This document shows, one piece after another, positions 1 through 13,445 of a DNA stretch of 64,000 nt; position 1 is the stretch's first letter; each line of letters begins with the position of its first letter. Made by a program: the position numbers and the translations under genes. Where the stretch lies: assembly GCA_037379345.1 (NCBI GenBank), contig CM074511.1, positions 58,534,862 through 58,598,861 of the forward strand, given 5' to 3'. Source of the DNA: Perna viridis (lineage: Eukaryota). Under the pieces are notes generated by a model. It saw only the letters and a list, made by a program, of their open reading frames with translations. It was not told the origin of the DNA and ran no database searches.

Positions 1-129
1 AGGCTTATACCGAAAAAGAATCCGAGAATATTCGTTGGCGACAAATTGATTAGGTAATGGGAGGTATAAAGGTACCTAAAAATCACCATGAAGTTGATGA
101 GTGGGGATGCACGGTGGACCCTCTCATCC

Positions 130-350
130 CATTAACTAATTTAGATCGAGAGGATAAGCAGTTTGATGTTTCTTTATCCATAAAATTTCGCAAACTTCCC
201 TGAACAGGTGTATTATTTTCCTGTTCTGTTAATATCAGGGTCTTTTTTTCCAGACTCGGAGAATAATGAAATACTAATTGATGCAAAATAGTCATGGTTT
301 TTTCCTTTACATTATCAGGTGTTTGGCCAACTATAACTGAATACAACAAC
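130..350 (-). mobile_element. Decayed GIY-YIG endonuclease fragment of a Penelope-like retroelement
   Basis: Frameshifted translation gives ..VIVGQT.. and REVCEILWIKKHQTAYPLDLN*, matching the PLE endonuclease motifs YVG(E/Q)T and RE.FWI..LQT..P.GLN. Confidence 0.55.
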
Positions 351-1031
351 TGAAGGTCTTGCTTTACTATAATACATTTAATTTGTTTGAAATATTTTCT
401 CGTTCACATATTTTTTTTTGGCAAAATAGATAATAAAAAGAAGGAGGTGATTATAAAGACTTACCCTACAGAAACTGATCCCGTAGTTTGGCTTACTGTA
501 GGGGACTCGCATCTAATGGTATACTGTCGATCGCTACCGGTGTGGACAAGTTCACTGGCCAAAGCTTTCACCTTTAATTTATACTGATCACCCTGCTAAA
601 ATAAATCATGGTAAAAGTATCGTTAATAGATAAAAATACAAGATCTGTTAAAAAGTAAATTCAAAGAGACCTTGATAATAACGAGGAACCAGATACAATC
701 CGGTACAAAAACAATACCAAAAAGTACCATAAATATCATAAATAAATAAAAAGAATAAACGATTAAAAACGATTAAAACTGCCTTGATAGGTACCTTTGA
801 TAATCTCCGAAATTGGTAACAGACTAGAAAGTTATCTGTAGTCATCTTTGGTATGTCGTTCTTGGGTATATAAGTATGGAAACGCATCGTGAAACCTGTG
901 GTCTATGGCAGAATGCCACGGATCTTATACTATAACCTTAGAAACAATTTGATGATGATGATGATAATTTTATTTCATTTATCTTTACAGGCAAAATATA
1001 CTTCAATCAACTGAATTTACAGCATACGTAC

Positions 1032-4000
1032 ATAAACAAGACCACAATCTGCCACCGGGCTGACTTGATGTTTAGAGGTAGTATTAACAGAAACACGCAG
1101 GTGATACAGGCCATGTGTGGAGTCGTACTCAGCAGCACAATCTTTCATGTCCACAGATGTTGATTGGTCATAAGCATACACATAGTTAATGCTGTCGTCC
1201 TTTTTGTCCAACTGGAAATCTATGTGTAAAATGTCACTGTTGTCTTTGTCAGCAAGACAGTAGTATCCGGCTATAATGAGGCAAAATGATATAAAATAGG
1301 AGAATTGATTCAGGTTTGCAGATCTACTATTTAAGCCCCATGATGCTTTTTGGCGCTAAAACCCGTCATGCTCCATGTAAAAAAATGGAAACTAAATTAT
1401 AAATCTCCTATGCAATTATATGAATAGAGGTTTTTTTTCTTCTTTCACAGATATAATTACAAATTCCATTATCAATGCGTGAATAAAGAAAACATTGAAG
1501 GCGATCTTAAATGTATGCAAACATATCTTACCAGAATGCTCGGCATGGGCTTTAATTACCTAGAAACAAAAGGAGAGTGTAAGTAATACGTGTACTTTAT
1601 CAATGGTCTTGCAAATTCCAACCTCAAATTTACATTTAGTCAACAAGCATCACATGACATTCGTACATTCTTGATTATTAAATTGAAAGCTTTTGAGATA
1701 GGTTGTTTAAGTTGAATGAGAGTTTGTATGACAACAGTTATCTGATGTGTGCTTATGCAATCAATCCAGAAAAAAATTTGCCCATTCATAAAGTGAATTT
1801 TACTCACCAGGAGTGTAAGCAATCCATAACTGAAGAGCTTAAAGTTCTGAAATAAAAAAAAAGAATGAATTTGAAGTTCCGAGAGCCTACATTAAAAGTC
1901 TCCTTCTTCTTCTACTTCTTCAGGATTTAGAATGTGAAACCTCCCGGAACATGTGTGCTATGCCATTGTATTTATAATTAAATTTAAATATTTATAATAT
2001 GTAGTTTAATGTTTGTATGTGATTCTTTTAAGTTTTAGTTTGGAGATACCACTTTTGAAGGATTCCAGTCTTAGGATGTTGCAATTGTCTCTGGCAACGA
2101 GTTCCAGTCAGAGATAGTATATGGAAAAAGGAAAATTTATAAATATCTTTATTGGAGGATAATTGCCTACATTTATGTATACCCCTAGTGCGTAAGATTT
2201 TGTTAGTTGTCTTGTTGTACTTCTACTAACCCGATACTAAATCATTTAAACGAGATACGAAGTCGTTTAAATGAGATACGAAGTCGTTAAACGAGTTAGC
2301 TGTGTCGTTATAACGAAATGCTAAGTCGTTTAAACGAGATATCAAGTCGTTATAATGAGATACTAAGTCGTTATATTGACTTAGAAATAAGTGAACACCT
2401 GGCACTAATGGGCTTCCGTACAGTAACACCTTTATCTAACCGTTCAGTAAGACGTCATCGTGCTGAATGGACAACTTAGACGAAATGCCGTCAAAAACCT
2501 AAAACATTTGAGCGGGTAAAATACTAACTAAAAAACCGTACGACAACCTACACAAATGCTGCTAATACCCAGGAGAAATTGATTTCATTTTAATTCAATA
2601 CTTTCACCGAATAAAATTATGATTTCTCCGTATTTTTTTCAACCTGATTTATTTGTTAGTTTCTTATGGGTCCCAAACTGGTAACATTCACGTGTACTTT
2701 CTTGGGAGGACTCAATGGAACCCCCTTTTTTATGGCCTTGGCAACACATTTTGATTTTTCAGTTTTCTTCTCCTTTCTCTACGATCAAGGTCTGAAAGAC
2801 AACTGTTTTAAGCAGAAATGAATCAGCTTTTCATTGTCGTAGAAGAAAATTGTTTGCTGTATGGAGAGCGGTAATTGTGACCATTTATTGACACTATACG
2901 AAATTGGGGGAAAAAAAGATTCAATCCGCTCTTAGTACACTAGTAACAATATGTCGCTCTCTTTGATTTTTTGATAAAGACACGAACCTCTTACATTTTG
3001 ACAAGATTTTTATTTATGTTGAAATTTTCTCTTTTTTTTTCTCTCAAAGAAATGATTTCTTATATGTTCAAATGAAGAACTATCGACAGTAAAAATAAAG
3101 TACTTAGTCTATTTGTTTTTCTTTACAATACCAACATGTCCACTTTTCTTACAGTTTTGAACTATACCAGAAAACCTTTTTCTTGCGTATAGTATTGCGA
3201 TGATTCATAATTTATCGAGGAACTTACATATAATTATTTTTTTCTCGTTTTATTACCATAGTTACAGATAGTTACACGCATGACCAAAGAAAATTTGTTA
3301 TTTTCACAGATAATGAATAATGTACAGAATAAACAGACAAACAAAAAATATTCGACTTTTCTAAATAGCTTCATTTCCGAAATTGACATAAATTTGGTTT
3401 TGTTTCATGTGCCCTAAAGTAAATTTACAAGAATATCGGATTCTATTCAAATGTATGAAGTTTACAAGAAAAAGTTTCAATCCATATATAAAAGTCAGAC
3501 ATGCAAATGAAAGAGGTGATAGAAGGTGTAGGAAAAACAAATGATACTTTTTGCTCCGTTTTTTTTTTTAATTTATTTACTCCACATTTTAGATACAACT
3601 GAAGGGGGTCAGCTCTGTGTTTCATAAAAAAACCCAACATAATTACAACCATTTCCTCTTAAATCAACCAAACAAAAACGGTAGCTCTTGTAAAATGTCA
3701 ATGTCGTATAAATGTACAATCTATTAAATATTTTTTTCATTTCTGAAGTATTCGGAAGTAGAAATAAAAGTTTATTATGAAAGCCGAAAGACCATTCATA
3801 AAAGCTGATACTCTCAATTACGTTGCAAATCCTCAAGTGTTATGTTCCCTGGTTATGTTAAATACTTGCTAAATCTATGAGGGTTGTGTGTGGTTTAGAT
3901 TTTCAATTTTAATTACCGCAATCTCAGCTTTAAAAACACTCAGTTTTCTGATTATCAAAGGATTGATTTACATAATGATATACATTAAATAAGTTCAGAC

Positions 4001-4417
4001 CAATCAAGTTTATTTCTATCCATGGAATCTCATTTTAATATTATAATTAAATCACGATTTCATGTTCCACTTTGAAGAATGTGCTAAAAGTAATGAATTT
4101 TAATGCAGTTAGAATCAACATGTGAAATTGCTTAGGCAGACTGTAATCCTAAACTGTTAAATGCAGTAATTTGTCAAAATACAAAATAACTAAGACACAA
4201 AAATCGGGAAGAGTTTAAACTCATTTTATCATGTTAGTTATAACTGTAAGCCAAAATTAAAAAAAAACATGTTGAATGCCACCCATTTGTTCATTAAAAA
4301 TCATATCACATTAAACTATTTATACATGTATGTGTTAGTCTAAAAAACTGCTGACAGCTAAATGATATGGGTTTAATACTGCCCTAATGTATAAAGTAAA
4401 AGTTAACTTACAGTCAT
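1032..4417 (-). CDS. 5' part of a secreted protein with a putative ZP-N-like domain; exons 4417-4412 (tentative ATG exon), 1846-1808, 1559-1532, 1270-1032; continues beyond the left edge
   Basis: GT-AG exons join in frame to MTNFKLFSYGLLTLLVIKAHA (signal-peptide-like) EHSAGYYCLADKDNSDILHIDF...DCAAEY...YHLRVSV...ADCGLVY. The start exon (ATG ACT|GTAAGT) and the domain call are inferred. Confidence 0.6.
2226..2420. repeat. 21-bp tandem array (AAACGAGATACGAAGTCGTTT-like) at the end of a non-autonomous DNA element
   Basis: About 7 imperfect 21-mers followed by AACACCTGGCACTA. The same unit and terminus recur at 9425-9575. Confidence 0.8.
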
Positions 4418-4656
4418 CTTACTTCTCCAGAATTTCTTCTAGAATGAAAAGTTTTAACTCAAAAGTCTACCCTTCTTTTTACTGAAACCCAATAGAAAAC
4501 TATGTTACAAATGTAGGTGGAGCTAAGGATGGTTTTCATGTTTACTAAAGCATGGTGAATGTAAGCATTTACTTAACTTACTATTTTCTTAATTTTTTTT
4601 TTATTATACTCAACACATATCTTCATGTAATAGTACAACGGGCGGATAATGACTTT

Positions 4657-5042
4657 TAAGTGTAAGTATTTGTAAGAATCAGGCAAAATGGGAAGAAAAA
4701 TCAGAAACATGCATGTCTCCATCGACCTGACAATATAATATCACTCAAGGAAACTTTTACTATTTGAAAGACTATTATTTGATCTCAACATTACTGGATT
4801 TGATCAGATTTTTATCATCAGAATGTTTGAAAAATGAGTTTTTTGACATAGTTATCTGCCTTTGAAATGTTCATTTTCAATGCATTTTAATGAAATTATA
4901 TATAACCCAATCTTACCAACCTGATATGGAAAAAAATCCTTTGATATATGATGGTGCAAATAGTCAAATAAAATCTCAAAATTATGTGTTTTCTCATACC
5001 ATGTTTCCGCCCCTACCTGATTTTTACAGACTGACACTTTAA
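4657..5042. mobile_element. MITE-like element with imperfect TIRs, TTAA-flanked (Kolobok-like, uncertain)
   Basis: TTAAGTGTAAGTATTTGTAAGAATCAGG ... CCTGATTTTTACAGACTGACACTTTAA. A homologous copy lies at ~55326-55626. Confidence 0.55.
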
Positions 5043-6439
5043 ATAGAGTAAACGGCTATATGATAGGATATTCCTTTGTGCATTTTTTTAACCGTTTCCC
5101 AATACTTTCAATGCAGAATTTCATTCAAATTACCCGTCAACTTGTATTAGAGCCATTTGATCTTTGACCCTTCCTCTCAATAATGTAAAATAACATAAAA
5201 CTCAACTGTAAGCATTATTTAATAAAACTACAATAAGTTATCTTTCCAATGAAATTTGACATAGCTATTCAACCTCTAGGCCCATGAAACGCAATATGCT
5301 ACCTGTTCGCAGCACTATAACATTTGTCAGTATTAACCTCTGTAAAGCTTGGGATGACTTGCAAAAGTATTAATTATTTTATCATATTATTATAAATATA
5401 CCATATATTATAATATTACACATATATTTATATACTAATGGAAAAAAGAAACATTGCACACCTTTCGAATTCAGTTATTTCAAGACGGATAGTTTTTCGT
5501 TCAATTTTCTTTATATAATTTCTCTTTCCAAAACATTCCAATTTAAAGTTTCATGACTAGGAATAAAAAAAAACTTTCTTCGCAATAAATATAGGAGGGA
5601 AAAATAAATTTCGAAATCTGATCTTCTATAAAAGCGTACATTTTTAAGTATCGGATTTCGATTATGATTTCCGACGAAAACGTTTGATCACCATTCTGTG
5701 GAGAGATTACACTATGAATTTTGCAACAAAATCGACTTATTCAAATGTTAGGTAATTTTTTTTTTAATCTCAGAAATTGGAATTCACATTTTTTTTTTCT
5801 CAATTTTTGCCGAAAAATGATGTACAACATTACCTTTACATTGTTTAAAGAAATTCAAGAAAATATTTGCAACAGAGAGGAATTTATGCGCATTTGAAGT
5901 TTAGTTACCAATGAATTTTAACGGGAATTCATAGTTTCTCTTAATTTCCATTAGTATATATAAAATATTTATTTATGTGTTGTTCAAGAATTTGCATTTT
6001 ATAAAAAAATTAAAATATTTTCTTTCTACCCTTTTAACGAAGAAAAGTGAGGGTCTACATATACTTTATTCTGCTAAAGTACATGTAGAAACATTGGTAT
6101 ACAGATAAACAAAAAAGCATAATTTATAATATTAATGTACAGTGTTTAAAAAAAAACAAAACAAAAAACAAAACAAAAAAATACAAAAACAAAAACAAAA
6201 AACAAAACAATAAGAGATATTAATCCAGAGATAAGATGTGTGTTAAGATGTTATGGGTGAAATGGGGGTGAAGAGTAAATAGCTAAATGAGAAAATCCAT
6301 TTTATTATAGATAATTCTGATAAAATTGACACGACTTATGGAGTTAAGATTTTTTGGGGTATAATTAATTCATTACTTTATTGAACTTTAAAAACATTGC
6401 AATTCACTATAAATTGACTATATATACTGTTCTTTCTAT

Positions 6440-7000
6440 CCCTTTCTATCTTGTTATCTCTGGATATGTTTTTCCATCTTCCATATTCACTAGAATGTTT
6501 ATGATTTATGAGTCGATTACAAAGCGTTGCAATATCTTTATCGATAATTATAAGTAAATCGAAATATTTTTCGATACAATGATCTTTTTTGAATAGCCGG
6601 TAATTCAATGTTTTAGCATCATTTTTAATATTTGAATACCAACTTTGGATGAATTGGTCATGAAGAGTTTGTTCAACAGTGCTTTTTAGCCATTTACCAT
6701 TGATAGAGCCATACACGTATGTACATGTCTTGGAGGCCACATTGGTTCAAAATGTTTTCAATACTTTTAAGCCAAGATGACGAGAAAGATGTTGTATCTG
6801 ATAGGTTGGTTATAAGCTTTTTAGCAATGATACTTAAATTTTTCTTCGGACCGTTTAAGATTTTCATCCAGTGAGAAAGCATACTTTAATACCTAAGACT
6901 AAAATATATCTTACTGATTTCCAACAAACCATAACCATGGAGCTAGGCGTTGTTGATTTAACTCGGAGTAGATGTTTACAAAATCTAAATGGATTTTAAA
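6440..7000 (-). mobile_element. Decayed LINE ORF2 C-terminal fragment (RTE-X-like)
   Basis: Frameshifted FCKHLLRVKSTTPSSMV..., WLKSIENILNQCGL, LHDQFIQSW...LNYRLFK...EKY, NHK..EYGRW are typical of the post-RT region of invertebrate RTE-X LINEs. Confidence 0.75.
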
Positions 7001-7529
7001 AAGTTGTATCTTTTCAAACAAGTGTGCATATCTGTAAGTATTATCATTATTTCTGACCATTAAATAATGATACGGAGAGTTTGTAATACTAAAATTACTT
7101 TATGATATAAATTAGAAATGCTGATTCATAATAAGTATGAGGAAACAACTTCTACACAAGTAAACAATAAATGTTATCCAGATATCCTTTTTTTTGCATA
7201 AATTTACATACATTTTTCAGGTGGTGGTGTTTTTATATCAAAGATTAAAATATTATTATTCTAATGTAACTTTTAAATCGCTAATTTCTGAGGAATTGCA
7301 ATGTTAACTGTCACATTTTGTGATATAAAACGAATCTCGTCTCCTATATTTCCCACATTGTAGGAATTACGTAATAAATACAAGAATACAAATTATATAT
7401 ATTGCAAATTTCGATGATATTTTCGCTCTTTTCTACAAATTTGTTGTCAAAATAACAACCGTAACAAAAGGCATAGTTACAGTGCAATTTCAGAGGCCAT
7501 ATGCGTTTATATTGACCTAGAATCTCTTA

Positions 7530-8036
7530 AGGCCCGTTTACACGATCAAAGTTTGTCATAATTTGTTTTCCAAACTTTTTTTCTGAAAACTTTGTTGAAA
7601 CAAAACTTTATCAAAGTTGCCTGTTTACACGATCAAAGTTAAGTAATTGAAATCTTTCATGTGGACAGGAAAGAAATCAAGCATCTGCTATTTGTACTTA
7701 ATTGCCATACCAAAATCTCAATTTGATTAATCAAATCCATCGAAGTCCGTGAAATTCATTTAAAATCAAAATACTCATGTACTGAATCAATTTATATCGA
7801 TCGTTTGAATTTTTACACCTCAAATAATCATCAAATCGCAAAACATGGGATAAAAGTATTATTTACAAATCTAAAGGCTGTAGCGACTGCTATAATATCA
7901 ATTCTGATCTTCGATCTAAATTGATAAAAATATGATGGAGTTATATTCCATCAAAGTTTTCTGTCAAAGTATTTAAAACACTCAGGTTTACACAGTCAAA
8001 ATGTTGATGGAAAACTATGATCGTGTGAACGGGCCT
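7530..8036. mobile_element. ~505-bp MITE (PIF/Harbinger-like termini)
   Basis: TIRs AGGCCCGTTTACACGATC / GATCGTGTGAACGGGCCT, with subterminal repeats GTTTACACGATCAAAG. Confidence 0.75.
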
Positions 8037-9424
8037 TTGGGTCTATAAAACTCTAACTGAATCATTCGGATGTTAACAACTTAAGTTTTCTAATGAAATA
8101 ATACAAAACCAAACATAGTGACAATTGAAAGCAGGTCAATACAATATCAATGCATTCAGGCTTTCATAGCTATATTATACATTAATTGAAAGTAAAAGTG
8201 ATGGAGTTAACATCATTGTTATTCAAAATTATATTTGAATAGAATATCGTCTTACCTAATATTGATGATTTAACACTACTACATATTTCAAAGGTGTTTC
8301 TATATGGTTTATACTCCCAGCTTCAGCAATGAAGCTATGCTTGTTCTATAGGTTTTTCGTAAATTTGTATTATTAACGATGTTTTTTTCAATTTACTTGG
8401 TCCAGTCTGATTTGAACTATCCAGTGATACCTTTTAATTTAGTGTAGCAACTGCAATGGGGACCATGTCTTGATCTCCTTAATGGTATCATTAGTGAAAA
8501 TAAAATATATCTTGTTTCAATTGGAAGATACGACACCAGTTAGTGAGTTTATGGGGGAGGTGGCTGCGATCAAATTTTATACCCTGCCTCCCCCTTAAAA
8601 ATTTTAGATCCTTCCTTTTGGTTTTTTTTTCAGCGCAAAGTGGCGAATTTTTTTTTTATATAAACAAAAGATATTAGAACAATCTTTATTTTTTACTTGT
8701 GGCCTGTACTGGCTTTTTATTTCAAATTTAATCCAAGCCTCCTCCTCCCTTATAAAAATCAATACTAGTTCCCTTATACTTACATGTCCCGGTGAATGGC
8801 TTTTTGGTATTTAAGAAAAAAATATAAGTAAATTTGTTCTGCTGAATTATTCAACCATACAGCTGGTTTAGTCATAAAGACACAAAAATATAAATATATT
8901 CAAACAATAAAAAATACCAGTCTTTATTTTCGTATTAAATTCGATTTTGGTATCATTATAATAAATTAAATCCTATGAAAAATGAAAAGGAATCGTGGGG
9001 AATTGTCCTACGATTGCATAATTATAGTGACAACATCCCTATATATACATGTGTATGTGTTCCACAGATTTACAAAAACGCTCTTTAAATGATTACATAG
9101 TAGTTGAATATAGTTCTCTACGGAAATGAAAGAGAGGCCCCAGACGAAAAATAAGCCGCAATAAATCTCGAAGTCCGAATGAGTATTGGCCGGAATAACC
9201 ATGACTTCTATTTCGAAATCATGAAATAACATACCAGAAACCTTTTTCCACTATCTTGCATAATTTCTATTGTGTGCTAAATTATATCAGAATAAACTAT
9301 TTTAGAGTTTTTCGTCACCATTTATACCTGCCTTTTTCCTAAAAAACTCTTCTTCTAACATAAGGAAATGAATTAATCGTTTTCTCATACTAGCTTTGGA
9401 CATTTTGGCTCGCCATATCAGTTC

Positions 9425-9575
9425 AAACTAAGTCATTATGACGAGATACACGGTCGTTCTAACGAGTTAGCTTAGTCGTTAAAGCGAGTTACTAAGTCGT
9501 TATACCGTGTTAGCTAAGTCCTTGTAACGAGATGTTTGTTATAACGACTTTAAAATAAAACAACACCTGGCACTA
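9425..9575. repeat. Second copy of the 21-bp tandem-array element
   Basis: CTAAGTCGTT..AACGAG units ending in AACACCTGGCACTA, as at 2226-2420. Confidence 0.7.
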
Positions 9576-9608
9576 TTATATGTTGCTCTTATCAACAAGT
9601 AATGTGGC

Positions 9609-9678
<70 letters not shown>
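9609..9678. repeat. (CA)n microsatellite, ~35 units
   Basis: Directly visible perfect CA run. Confidence 0.98.
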
Positions 9679-9680
<2 letters not shown>

Positions 9681-10433
9681 TAGTGGCCAATCTTTCTCAA
9701 CTTACTGTATTTTATAAGTTATTTACTTTAAACTGTTCTCATGTTTCAAAGTGCACATGAATTGTTCTTTGCCTTAATTTTTCTAGTTATTTGAATGGTA
9801 TTCTTTTTAAAGATTGTTGACCATTATACTTTTATTGCAGCAAATGAAGCCTATGAGATATTATTATTAAGTTTAAGAACTACTTTATCATTATCTATAT
9901 ATGTTTATAAGGATCTCTGTACAAGTCATCATTGCTAATATGCTTTAAAACATAATTTAAATTATTTTTCTTTCGACGTCATCTAGTAGAATCTAAAATC
10001 TCCTTCAAATTCCTTTTTCCGTTCATCTCAAAATGTGTTGAAAAATTTACATGCTGCGTTTCGGTATTTTTAGTCTAAACACGGTCACACGCGTTTGTTC
10101 TCCACGTGAGAATTCAACTACGTTTAAGTTGGTTAGTAGTTAATCTTTTTTTATTGTATTGATAGCAGAGTTTTATTAAATGTTCCCCGCGGAACAAGTT
10201 CCACGCGCTCGTTAAATCTATGCGTTCTTCGGCACTCTTGACAATATTTTGGTTACTCACTCTTTCCAATTAAATATCCTACTATAATCCCATTCTAAGC
10301 CGATGGTTAAAAATGCATATGATTTTTTAACCATGGGGTGGTGATTAAATTTCTGCGAGAGGTCCCACCATTTTACATTAACGAGTTTTCTACAGATTTC
10401 ACGGGAGAAACCGATTCTCCTTCAATGCTTTCT

Positions 10434-10550
10434 GGGATTACAATATTTCTCCACTCTCGATAATGAAAGTTTAGATTTAACCCACTCGCTTTAGCTTGTG
10501 GGTTGAAATCTAAAATTTAACTAACTCGAATTGAGAAATCTTGTAATCCC
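10434..10550. repeat. 117-bp imperfect palindrome, probably inside a non-autonomous DNA transposon
   Basis: GGGATTACAA..TTTAGATTTAACCCAC / GTGGGTTGAAATCTAAA..TTGTAATCCC. Confidence 0.75.
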
Positions 10551-12919
10551 TTTGAGACAGAAAAAGAATCTATATTGTGTTGAATTACTCAATAAAAGTG
10601 TAAACTCAATTAAAAAAGAACAAGAATGAGATCCTAACTGAAATACTACGAAGAGTTACTTAAACTGTAGTATTTGTGTTTTCGTTTCCATTTGATTATA
10701 AAAATATTTAAAAATATATTATAGATTTTAACAGTTAGATATCTATATTCTGTGTTTTGTATTTATAGTTATGTTATATAGATTAGACACATTACTGATC
10801 ATTTACATGTACAATTCACCCCATTCATAAATATACGTTTATTTCATGGCGTAGTAATACCTTATAAGACTATCTTTAAAACGATCGTCTTAAGATAGCT
10901 TTGTTATGTAACTTAAGCGTCATCGTAAGATGGTCTTAAGAATATCCTAATCCATGTCCTTAGATATGTTCCCCCGTTCTTTGCTTTTAATTTGGCGGGA
11001 AACATGTCCTAATCTCATTAACATAGCATCATCAAATGATAAAAATATACCTTTGTTTAAAGTTGCAACTTAAATTGGGTAAAGTACGCTGTCAACTACA
11101 GTACAAGGTTTACAATTCATCCCAGAAAGAATAAATAAGAACTAATTAATGCGTAGATTCAGAACTGATAAAGGAACGTATTACATCAATATTCAGTAAA
11201 TAACCATATTTTTGCGGATATAGTGAGTTAATGGTTTGATCTTCAATTCTATTTCTTGTATATCATGTTTTTAGTTCAATCCACAATTATAGGATCATAA
11301 TTTTAACGATTTTTGAGGAGGAGTTTATTTCCATTTTATATTTCCTCTACGCAATCCCTTCTTGGCAACATAACTAACTGATCGAATTGGCCAGTTGTAT
11401 AATTGATCATTTCGTTTTTGTTTAAATTATTTTTGTCTGTGTTTAAAATCGCATGATATCTATGTTAATATATTCTTCATAAATTTTATGGCTGCAAAAT
11501 TTGATACTGAACTGGTAACAACCGTATTATTCTTAGTAAAATGTCACAAATTCTTGTACCGGTGATTAAGTTAGACTAGTGTAAATGGTTTTATTTTTCA
11601 TGATAATGCAAATAATTTGCTTTCCAATACTACACGCACAAATGGTTTGACAGATTTTAAGACTACAATGCTGAATTATAAGATTTAACGAGCCATATGA
11701 AGCCATAAATACACAAATTAAATCGGGCAATAAAAGTGCTTTTTATTTTTGTTTGAAAAATGTTGCTCCCATTATAATTTGATAAAATAAATAAAAAAGG
11801 GATTCATGGTGCATTTCTCTAGCTACGACTGCATAAAAAAAGCTTTTCCTGTTTGAGTAACAAGCCACACAAGATTAAAGCAACACCGTTTACAGGGTTT
11901 GGTATACTGTCATACATAATAATTCAATCTGGTTATACGGAATTTCAACACAGGTAAAACTTGAAACGCTACAAAGAAAAAAAGCTCTAATTACAATAAG
12001 TCGCGGAGCTTTCACATGTTCCGTTGAGACGTCTTGATATATCGTACCGGAATCCACTTTTCCCCTCTGTTGCAGAATTTCTTCGTTCCATGGTAAAACA
12101 GTTACTTAAGTTTTAATTCACATTTTTTTGGTTACATATTGTTTAAATATAAAAAGGTAGTAAAAATTAACGTGCATATTTAATCACTGTCCCAGAATGA
12201 CAAAAATTTGGTTATTTTACTACTTAACCGTTAGAACGTTAGAACTTTACTTGGAAGAGTAATCGAGGGAACCAAGTTTCTATGGAAAATCAAAGAATGT
12301 AATCCAGGGACAAAGAATGTGTACCAAGACTGAAGCGCGAATGTATTTGTTTTTCCAAATAAACATGCACTGTTAAGCTGTACAATTTTTCATACCATAC
12401 CGTGGGATAATAGGTAACTTACTTACGTACTTCACTGGTCGCATTGCTGTAACTCATCCGACGTCCTCGACCTAGGCAATCATTGTTCGTCAAGCTCAAC
12501 GCAGAGGCAGTCATTCGATTCCTCTCTTACTTTCTGACATCATTCACACTTTCCCGACTTTGCACGATTCTTGCATTTTCTGAGAGGGTTGGCTGTATCG
12601 TCTACAGTGAATTTCGAACGTCCTAATCAGTGTCTCTGGTCAATAAGGTAACAACAAAATAACCGAACACTAGTTAGTTTCATAATCAAGTATAGTCCAA
12701 AATAAATCTGACAAAATAGATATTACAACACCGAAGCAGCTGGTACCGTAATAGTCCTGACTTGGTACAGGCACTTCAAACGAAATGGTGCGTTAAATCT
12801 ACAGCGCGCCAAACCTCCTTCTTCCATTGCGGGATGACTATACCAGTAGTGAATAAAAAGCATTTGCACATTATTGTCATAATCGGTACACTGCGCGTCG
12901 TTGGTTGGTTTTCAGCTAC

Positions 12920-13445
12920 TGTTGTCCTTCAACCAAACTCACAGGATGACTTTCCCGCTGCTTGGCCAAGTCTTCGTACTGCTGTTCTCCTGCATCGCCC
13001 AGTCACTACTAGTGCATAAAAAATAGTCGCCGCAAAGATCGTGCAGAAAATCATCCACTGTAACATCTAATTTCCATTGGGAAGTTCTATGTTTGCCAAT
13101 ATTTGTCTCTTCACTCATATCATTTACTCTGATCTATATTTCCTAAGGTCTTCTTGTTTTCCCATAATTTTGTTGTTGCACCTTCCTTTACAAACTGTGT
13201 ATGCACTGTCTTTTGTTTATGTTTTTTACATCCTTCCTCTGTTTTTCAATCGCGTCGCAAACTCCCGGTGTATCTGGTTGTGTCTCCATGTATACCTTCC
13301 ATGTGCTAAACGAAGGCGCACATGCTATGGGGGATGCGCTGTTTCCACACAAACGGCAATCTGGTGTTTCTGTTATGTTTCATCTCTATGGATTTGCCGT
13401 ACTTAGTAGCACACCATAGACTGATCGTGTAATATGTGATCGTGT
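12920..13445 (-). mobile_element. Decayed 3' fragment of a Hero-clade non-LTR retrotransposon (restriction-like endonuclease region)
   Basis: With stops and frameshifts: RSVYGVLLSTANP*R*NITETPDCRLCG, GRYTWRHNQI, QFVKEG, FSARSLRRLF, VTGRCRRTAVRRLGQAAGKSSC. These match Hero/NeSL-type C-terminal motifs. Confidence 0.75.

Noticed and set aside
83-349. ORF as the next in-phase exon of the ZP-N-like gene
   Set aside because: The acceptor is weak, and another frame carries GIY-YIG endonuclease motifs, so it is better explained as a Penelope-like relic.
12000-12625. Possible minus-strand pseudo-exons (..RGRRMSYSNATSE..)
   Set aside because: In-frame stops and no recognisable family.
12762-13419. 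Hydrophobic plus-strand ORFs
   Set aside because: Antisense to the Hero relic and flanking repeat.
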